A DNA stretch of 32,000 nt from positions 1,080,001 to 1,112,000 of the forward strand of contig NC_009925.1 in NCBI RefSeq assembly GCF_000018105.1. The letters are read 5' to 3'. Origin of the DNA: Acaryochloris marina MBIC11017. Its GTDB lineage: Bacteria; Cyanobacteriota; Cyanobacteriia; Thermosynechococcales; Thermosynechococcaceae. Under the pieces are notes generated by a model. It was not told the DNA's origin. It was given only the letters and a program-made list of their open reading frames with translations, and searched no databases. Made by a program: the position numbers and the translations under genes. Shown here piece by piece: positions 26,508-32,000 of the stretch; positions within the stretch are counted from its first letter, which is position 1, and the number at the start of each line of letters is the position of its first letter.

Positions 26508-26711
26508 GCTCTAAAAAATGTTCTCCTCTCAGAGACATGGCAAGGGGAGCTGTAAGTACTCAGTTCCCTATTTTTTTTCAGGGCTAGGCCGTGGTTATTG
26601 CACGCCGCCCCAGCATCAGACTATTGCTGCAAAACTGAATCCTACCCTTGACTGACTAGATCGAGAATCTAGCAAAGTCTGCAGGGTTCAGTGCCCATGA
26701 AAGGTGGAGAT

Positions 26712-27398
26712 ATGAAATGCATTGCTCTCAGATTAATCACCCTTTTTCTAGCAGGGTCTATTTTCTTGAATGGTTCATCGGCAGCGATGGCGCTTTCCAG
26801 TGCCGATGGTCACTCATCTCATCCCCAAGGTGAGCCATCTTCGACCTTTGACAAAGCAGAATTTCTGTATTGGTTCAAGCAATGCGAACATCTTCAAGGC
26901 CAAGAGGCCCTGGCAGCTTGTGAGCAAGCCTTGAAGATCAATCCCCATGTGGCCGCAGCTTGGATCAACCATGGCCAAAAGCTATTCAATTTTCGTCAAT
27001 ATACGAAAGCTTTGATTTCTTTTGAAAATGCCTTGTTGCTGAAGCCCGATTACTCCCTGGGTTTGGCCAACCGATGCGGTATTCTCACTGTCTTAGGTCG
27101 ATATCCCGAAGCCTTAGATTCCTGTGACATGGCCTTAATTGGTGATCAGCAATGGGGATTTAGTGGACAGGTTCTCGCCTGGAATAATCGGGGCGATACC
27201 TTGATCAAGCTGGAACGGTATGAAGAAGCATTAGCCTCTTTCCAAAAATCTTTAGCGATCGACCCCAACGATGTTGCGGCCCAGCAATATCGTCATGTTG
27301 TCCTGAAAAAACTAAACCGTCGCGATCACTCGCAACCACAAGCGCCTGGTTTTATCCCTTCACAACAAGAGTCACAAATCGCTCTTGTCCCGTACTGA
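26712..27398 (+). CDS. Secreted/lumenal TPR-repeat protein
   Basis: Signal peptide MKCIALRLITLFLAGSIFLNGSSAAMA. At least 4 TPR units (e.g. AAAWINHGQKLFNFRQYTKALISFENALLLKPDY; AWNNRGDTLIKLERYEEALASFQKSLAIDPND). The ATG at 26712 (GGAG upstream) is preferred over the GTG at 26691. Confidence 0.8.
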   Translation: MKCIALRLITLFLAGSIFLNGSSAAMALSSADGHSSHPQGEPSSTFDKAEFLYWFKQCEHLQGQEALAACEQALKINPHVAAAWINHGQKLFNFRQYTKALISFENALLLKPDYSLGLANRCGILTVLGRYPEALDSCDMALIGDQQWGFSGQVLAWNNRGDTLIKLERYEEALASFQKSLAIDPNDVAAQQYRHVVLKKLNRRDHSQPQAPGFIPSQQESQIALVPY

Positions 27399-27466
27399 TA
27401 CAGCGCAGCGATATTCAAAACCCCCGTTTTGTCCTTTTTCTTTTATTTATATATTGGAACACCATT

Positions 27467-28570
27467 ATGGAATCCTCGATTGAAAACCAAAACTATCCCT
27501 GGTATGCAGGGAATAGCCGCTTAATTGAACCCTCTGTTTCAGGGAGATGGTTAGCTGCCCATATTCTCCAAGCGGCCATTATTATGTTCTGGGTGGGGCT
27601 CAATACCCTATCGGAGTTACAGGTCTTTGACCCCGATGTTGCTATGTATGAGCAGGGATTAGTGCTGATCCCTCATATGGCAGCTGAAGGGATAGGCGTC
27701 GGTCCAGGGGGAGTAGTTATGGATACATTCCCCTACTTTGCCATTGCCTTTGTACATTGGGTCGCGAGTTTAGTTCTCCTGTTTGGCGGTTATTATCATC
27801 TCGCCGTGGGGCCGTCTGATCTTTCCAAGGGAGGCCGAGGAAATACGAAACGGTTTGCCTTTGACTGGGATGATCCGAAACAGTTGGGATATATCTTAGG
27901 TAACCACCTCCTCTTTATTGGATTTGCCTCAATCCTATTTGCAGGCTGGATTATCAGTCATGGTATCTATGACCCCACCATTGGGGAGGTTCATGCAGTC
28001 ACCCCCACTGCTGAGAACTTTACCCATATCTATCAATATGGTTGGTCAACGCCTGGATTTAATCCGTTTTTTATCGATAATTTAGGGGATTTAGCCGCAG
28101 GTCATATTTTAATTGGCCTCTTCGACATGCTCGGCGGAATTTGGCACATTAATGTCGCCCCCTTCAGTTGGGAACAGCAGCTAGGCGCTCGAAGAGATAA
28201 CTATAGTGCCGATGGGCTGATTGGCTTATCCCTGGGAGGCGTTGCCATCATGGGATTCATTTCCGCCTATTTTTGTGCAGTCAATACCTTTGTCTATCCG
28301 GTTGAGTTTTACGGTGCTGCGTTGGAAGTGAAATTTAACGTTGCCCCTTACTTCAAGGACTCAGTTGAGCTAGGAGATGGTGTGTTTAGCTCCCGAGCTT
28401 GGCTATCCAATGTGACTTACTATGTCGGCTTCTACTGCTTGCAAGGCCATCTTTTCCATAGCCTCAGAGCCATGGGCGTCAAGTTTGAAAATCTTCCTCA
28501 AGCCCTTGGTGCAGCTTTCAAAATTGAATCTTCCCAACCCACAGAAGCCGCGCAGCCCACTGGCGAATAG
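27467..28570 (+). CDS. Chlorophyll-binding antenna protein of the IsiA/Pcb (CP43-like, six-helix) family, divergent member
   Basis: 367 aa. WYAGNSRL..SGRWLAAH, FVHWVASLVLLFGGYYH, GNHLLF, AAGHILIGLFDMLGGIWHI, NTFVYPVEFYG, SRAWLSNV..CLQGHLFHSLRAMG are collinear with IsiA/Pcb. Confidence 0.88.
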   Translation: MESSIENQNYPWYAGNSRLIEPSVSGRWLAAHILQAAIIMFWVGLNTLSELQVFDPDVAMYEQGLVLIPHMAAEGIGVGPGGVVMDTFPYFAIAFVHWVASLVLLFGGYYHLAVGPSDLSKGGRGNTKRFAFDWDDPKQLGYILGNHLLFIGFASILFAGWIISHGIYDPTIGEVHAVTPTAENFTHIYQYGWSTPGFNPFFIDNLGDLAAGHILIGLFDMLGGIWHINVAPFSWEQQLGARRDNYSADGLIGLSLGGVAIMGFISAYFCAVNTFVYPVEFYGAALEVKFNVAPYFKDSVELGDGVFSSRAWLSNVTYYVGFYCLQGHLFHSLRAMGVKFENLPQALGAAFKIESSQPTEAAQPTGE

Positions 28571-28612
28571 CATTTTCAGGGATTGATGGAGCAATCTTTT
28601 TCGCAATGAAGT

Positions 28613-28649
28613 GGCAGGATGGTTATCCGATGGGGACAGCCATCCTGCC
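28613..28649 (+). other. 10-bp perfect stem-loop (GGCAGGATGG-N17-CCATCCTGCC) downstream of the antenna gene. Possible 3'-end or processing structure; no U-tract.
   Basis: Read directly from the sequence, 43 nt after the stop at 28570. Confidence 0.35.
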
Positions 28650-28744
28650 TGCAAGCGGCAAGGCGTGCTTTACCAAAGCGATACGTGTCTCAACGCCATT
28701 CTTTTTAGATAAAAAATTTTGCTGAACCACTCAAAGGTAATGTC

Positions 28745-29035
28745 ATGACCGAAGAACAGGCAGCCACTGCCAATGATCAAGTTGTTTCTAAACCCAATGC
28801 CGAAACACCTCAAGCCGAAGCGGTAGCAACGGCTCCCCCTGAGACGGCTAAGGTAGCCACCCATGAACCCACTGCAGACCCCCCATCTCCTGCGGCAAAA
28901 TCCAAGGCAAAGGAAACTCAACCCCAGTCTTCCCCCGAAGGCCCTCGGTTTTCCTCAGGTGTGCTGTTTTTCCTCTGGGTATTCTGTACCCTCGTTTTTC
29001 TATCCATTGCTGCGGGCTATATTGCCACTCGATAG
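28745..29035 (+). CDS. Small tail-anchored protein: Pro/Ala/Glu/Thr-rich N-terminal region plus one C-terminal TM helix
   Basis: 96 aa. TM segment GVLFFLWVFCTLVFLSIAAGYIA at the extreme C-terminus. Same orientation as the antenna gene. Overlapping alternative-frame ORFs look like shadows of it. Confidence 0.45.
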   Translation: MTEEQAATANDQVVSKPNAETPQAEAVATAPPETAKVATHEPTADPPSPAAKSKAKETQPQSSPEGPRFSSGVLFFLWVFCTLVFLSIAAGYIATR

Positions 29036-29084
29036 TTCCCCCTACCCCATCTATGCATCTAAATTTTTCCCCGGTCCTGAGGCG

Positions 29085-29747
29085 TTAATTCTGCTCTCCT
29101 AGTAAGTGGGGACATTCATTAAATCGGTGAATGCGGCATAGCTGGGGATTTGGTTTGGATGGAGAAGTAGAAGACAAAGCAATTTCAAATTCAAACAGAG
29201 CTGTGTTGCCAATCTTTATGCTCCAATCGACGTGCGTATCAAGGATAGCGGCAATAAGATATTGCAAGATCCCCCCATGGGTCACTACCCAAGCTCGATC
29301 TGAAGGTTGGTGAGTTTGATAGAGGGTGTGGATGAAACGGCGAGTGCGATCGCAACAATCAAACAAGGTCTCCCCCCCTGGAATGGGAATTACCTCCTGG
29401 CTATTCATCAACTGTTCACACAGTTCAGGGTGCTGCTCTTGGGCCTCTTGCCAAGTCAGCCCTTGAAAAATGCCATTGTCAATTTCCAGTAGAGCCTCAT
29501 CCGTTTGAATCGGGGGAAAATCATCGCCCTCCGGGTGGCAAGCTACCAGCATCTCCAAGGTCATCATCGCTCGCTTGAGGGGACTACAGTAAAGATGTGT
29601 TGGTCGCCAGCTTTGTTGGGATAACCACTGTCCCAAGAGCTGAGCTTGCAGAACCCCGTGGGGCGACAGTAGCTCATCTAACTGCCCTAACATCCTATGT
29701 TGGGCATTTCCCTGGGCCTCGGCATGGCGAATCAACAGCAATCGCAT
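29085..29747 (-). CDS. Histidine phosphatase family protein (phosphoglycerate-mutase-like)
   Basis: 220 aa. N-terminal catalytic motif LLLIRHAEAQGN and a distal THGG motif (VVTHGGIL). Confidence 0.85.
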   Translation of the reverse strand: MRLLLIRHAEAQGNAQHRMLGQLDELLSPHGVLQAQLLGQWLSQQSWRPTHLYCSPLKRAMMTLEMLVACHPEGDDFPPIQTDEALLEIDNGIFQGLTWQEAQEQHPELCEQLMNSQEVIPIPGGETLFDCCDRTRRFIHTLYQTHQPSDRAWVVTHGGILQYLIAAILDTHVDWSIKIGNTALFEFEIALSSTSPSKPNPQLCRIHRFNECPHLLGEQN

Positions 29748-29769
29748 GGGCGATGTAATTCCAACAAAA

Positions 29770-30864
29770 TTACTCTGTCAACAATTCACACTGGGCATGA
29801 TGGCGGAGTAGATGATCGCACAACACTAAAGCAACCATCGCTTCTACCATAGGTACGGCCCTCGGCAATACGCAAGGATCATGGCGGCCTTTCGCTGCTA
29901 ATGTTGTGGCTTCACCAGCCTGATTGACCGTTTTTTGGGGTTTGCCAATGGTTGCGGTTGGTTTAAATGCCGCCCGCAGCACAATATTTTCGCCATTAGA
30001 AATGCCACCTTGGATCCCACCAGACCGATTGGTTACAGTTCGAATACGACCTGTCTCATCGGTATAAAACTCATCATTATGTTCTAGCCCCGTCAGCTGA
30101 GTACCCGCAAACCCAGAGCCAATCTCAAACCCTTTACAGGCAGGCAAAGACATCACTGCTTTGGCTAGTTCGGCCTCCAGCTTGTCAAAGACAGGAGCGC
30201 CTAATCCTTTCGGCACCTGACGAGCCACACATTCCACCACTCCTCCGATCGAATTAGCATCTCGTCGGGTTTGATCGATCAAATCAATCATTTCCTCTGC
30301 AGTTTCAGGATTGGGACAGCGCACCATATTGGCTTCTACCTGAGCTAAGGTCACTTGATCTGGATCAATATCCGCTTCCACGGTTTTAATCCGTTTGACA
30401 TAGCCGATCACCTCCACCCCAGCCGCTTGCTGAAGAATCTTTTTCGCAATCGCCCCTGCCGCGACTCGACCAATGGTTTCCCGAGCAGATGAGCGGCCAC
30501 CTCCTTGCCAATTCCGAATGCCATATTTCGCGTCATAGGTGGCATCCGCATGGGACGGACGATAGACCTGGGCCATCTCACTGTAGTCTTGGGGGCGAGT
30601 ATCTTTATTCCGCACCAAAATGGTGATCGGTGTCCCTAATGTTTTTCCCTGAAACATGCCCGAAACGATTTCGCAGGTATCTGTTTCTTTACGGGGCGTG
30701 GTAATTCGACTTTGCCCCGGTCGTCGACGATCTAACTCAAACTGAATGTCTTCTGCCGCAATTTCAATTTGAGGTGGGCAGCCATCAATAACAACCCCAA
30801 CACCACCACCATGAGATTCACCAAAGGTTGTAATCCGAAATAAATGTCCAAAGGTATTTCCCAT
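29770..30864 (-). CDS. aroC: Chorismate synthase
   Basis: 364 aa. [60 protein letters not shown]. Confidence 0.95.
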   Translation of the reverse strand: MGNTFGHLFRITTFGESHGGGVGVVIDGCPPQIEIAAEDIQFELDRRRPGQSRITTPRKETDTCEIVSGMFQGKTLGTPITILVRNKDTRPQDYSEMAQVYRPSHADATYDAKYGIRNWQGGGRSSARETIGRVAAGAIAKKILQQAAGVEVIGYVKRIKTVEADIDPDQVTLAQVEANMVRCPNPETAEEMIDLIDQTRRDANSIGGVVECVARQVPKGLGAPVFDKLEAELAKAVMSLPACKGFEIGSGFAGTQLTGLEHNDEFYTDETGRIRTVTNRSGGIQGGISNGENIVLRAAFKPTATIGKPQKTVNQAGEATTLAAKGRHDPCVLPRAVPMVEAMVALVLCDHLLRHHAQCELLTE

Positions 30865-30943
30865 GCTCTTGATCTGACCGTGCTAAACATATACCGGGCA
30901 AGCTGCCTGTCTTCACTATCTCATTCGACCTTGTTAAATAGCC

Positions 30944-30972
30944 AAAAAAAGAGAGGGAAATATTTCCCTCTC
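30944..30972 (-). terminator. Rho-independent terminator (minus strand) after the 52-aa ORF
   Basis: Palindrome GAGAGGGAAAT/ATTTCCCTCTC (30951-30972) followed on the minus strand by T7 (30944-30950). Confidence 0.75.
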
Positions 30973-31004
30973 CTCAAGAGCGTTGGTTATGGCTGGAATA
31001 AAAA

Positions 31005-31163
31005 TTAGTTATGTTGAGCAGTCTGTGTGCGTAGTTGTTCCATTTGGGCAATGGCTGTATCGACCTGTTGGGGGGTGTAACTGGTCAATTCTGTGAGCCA
31101 ATGCTTGATCAACTCTTGCGAAAGATCGTTTGGATTTGTCAACATTTCAGTAGTACTAGACAT
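31005..31163 (-). CDS. Unlisted 52-aa soluble protein (MSSTTEMLTNPNDLSQELIKHWLTELTSYTPQQVDTAIAQMEQLRTQTAQHN), predicted helix-turn-helix hairpin, function unknown
   Basis: ATG with a GAGAAG-type purine tract upstream. An open frame of 52 codons sits exactly between two minus-strand terminators. Below the ORF-track size cut-off. Confidence 0.45.
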   Translation of the reverse strand: MSSTTEMLTNPNDLSQELIKHWLTELTSYTPQQVDTAIAQMEQLRTQTAQHN

Positions 31164-31295
31164 AGACTTCTCTCAACTTTTGATCCAACTAGTTTGGAAA
31201 TAACCGTCTCTTGAATCCAAATACTAATCCCAATGCACAATAATATAGCCAAGGCAATGTAAGAATAAACAGACAGAAAAGGTCAGAGATCTTCG

Positions 31296-31326
31296 AAAAA
31301 AAGTCAGCGATGCCACCTGACTTTTT
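31296..31326 (-). terminator. Terminator after hrcA (A7-GTCAG-N9-CTGAC-T5; the T7 run follows the hairpin on the minus strand)
   Basis: Short 5-6 bp GC-poor stem extended by A/T pairing. Lies 40 nt downstream of the hrcA stop. Confidence 0.5.
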
Positions 31327-31365
31327 CTCAGAAGGTCATATTTATTCTAAAAAATAAAATAACCT

Positions 31366-32000
31366 TTAAGCGACCTGGGTGAGACAGGTAGATAGATAAT
31401 CGGCGGTCACTGTTACCAGAGCGATGACTTTCTCATAAGCCATACGAGTGGGCCCAAGTACGCCAACACTTCCCATTGGCAATTCGCCTTTTTGATAGGT
31501 TGAAGAGACCAGGGAATAGGCCTGAATAGACTCAAGGCTATTTTCTGAGCCGATGCGAACGTTGACTTTTGTACTCCGAGGCACCACATCAGCCCCCTGT
31601 TTAATCTCATCAGCCATCAACTCATTAAAAAGAGGTCGAAGCAGATCTTGGCCATCTTCTAATAAGTGAATTAAGGTCTGAGCCTGCTGTAATTCAGAGA
31701 ATTCAGGCTGTCGCAAAACCTCAGCTAAACCACCCACTAAGATATTTTTAGGACTGAGGGATTTACACTGTTGTGTCAGATCCGTCAGCAATATTTTTAA
31801 GAAATCAGTGTATTTTTGAAATTCCCGATCCAGTTCACATGGATCCAGCGCAACTAAGTCTTGCAATGAGCTCCCCACAAAATGGTGGTTCAAAAAATTA
31901 GAGAGAATCTGCAGTTCCTGTTCAATTCGATCTGGATCCACTTCATCCCAGGCCGAGTGGGGTAATTCCATCATCACGGACTGAGTCTCGTAGGCATCGG
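31366..32000 (-). CDS. hrcA: Heat-inducible transcription repressor HrcA, C-terminal part (the CDS continues beyond the window)
   Basis: C-terminal ..IGSENSLESIQAYSLVSSTYQ..GSVGVLGPTRMAYEKVIALV is typical of HrcA. The frame stays open upstream of the GTG/ATG cluster at 31977 to the window edge. Confidence 0.85.
   Translation of the reverse strand, partial: DAYETQSVMMELPHSAWDEVDPDRIEQELQILSNFLNHHFVGSSLQDLVALDPCELDREFQKYTDFLKILLTDLTQQCKSLSPKNILVGGLAEVLRQPEFSELQQAQTLIHLLEDGQDLLRPLFNELMADEIKQGADVVPRSTKVNVRIGSENSLESIQAYSLVSSTYQKGELPMGSVGVLGPTRMAYEKVIALVTVTADYLSTCLTQVA

Noticed and set aside
27416-27444. CAAAAC-CCCC-GTTTTG hairpin plus T-rich tract between the TPR and antenna genes, as a terminator
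   Set aside because: The stem is only 6 bp and almost all A-U, so it is thermodynamically weak. It probably does not fully separate the two genes.
28670-29102. Alternative-frame ORFs 28670-28921 (minus) and 28863-29102 (plus) overlapping the 96-aa tail-anchored ORF
   Set aside because: They are Cys/Arg/Gly-rich or Pro-rich shadow frames. The 28745-29035 frame has the only coherent architecture (disordered region plus a clean TM helix) and an ATG start.
1-32000. Search for CRISPR arrays, tRNA/rRNA genes, long tandem repeats and recognisable defence-system gene sets
   Set aside because: I saw no regularly spaced direct repeats, no cloverleaf-compatible segments in the intergenic regions examined, and no nuclease/helicase/ATPase-type unknown gene clusters. 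A visual scan cannot fully exclude short ncRNAs.

Overview
This is a cyanobacterial chromosomal segment. The evidence is at least 8 copies of the HIP1 octamer GCGATCGC in 32 kb, plus photosystem and phylloquinone genes. I did not find any rRNA, tRNA or CRISPR array by eye.

Gene content, left to right:
- Minus strand: a complete PatA/CheY/CheW/MCP motility-type chemosensory operon (pilG-pilH-pilI-pilJ-like).
- A phylloquinone cluster: menD and menF on the minus strand, divergent menA.
- Housekeeping genes: a J-domain chaperone, ycf39, nadK, a small zinc-ribbon protein, uvrC, a DUF4253-like protein, glgA, psaK and a TetR regulator.
- A small gene broken by two abutting insertion sequences. One is an IS630-family DD35E element whose transposase is split at an A9 run. 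The other is an IS701-family element with perfect 24-bp ends.
- A GHL10/DUF187-like hydrolase.
- A block that looks related to iron stress and photosynthesis (about 23.3-29.0 kb). It holds a divergent psbE-like gene and a psbF-like gene fused in frame to a psbY-like helix (no psbL or psbJ, strong terminator). These are transcribed divergently from furA, across an AT-rich region full of Fur-type hexamers and palindromes. Next come two orphan membrane/secreted proteins, a secreted TPR protein, a divergent IsiA/Pcb-family chlorophyll-binding protein and a small tail-anchored protein.
- The right end: a histidine phosphatase, aroC, an unlisted 52-aa ORF bracketed by two terminators, and the 3' part of hrcA.

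The most interesting candidate is the alternative cytochrome b559 module with a tethered PsbY, together with its putative Fur control.

All functional calls rest on motif and family recognition by eye. No database search was run.
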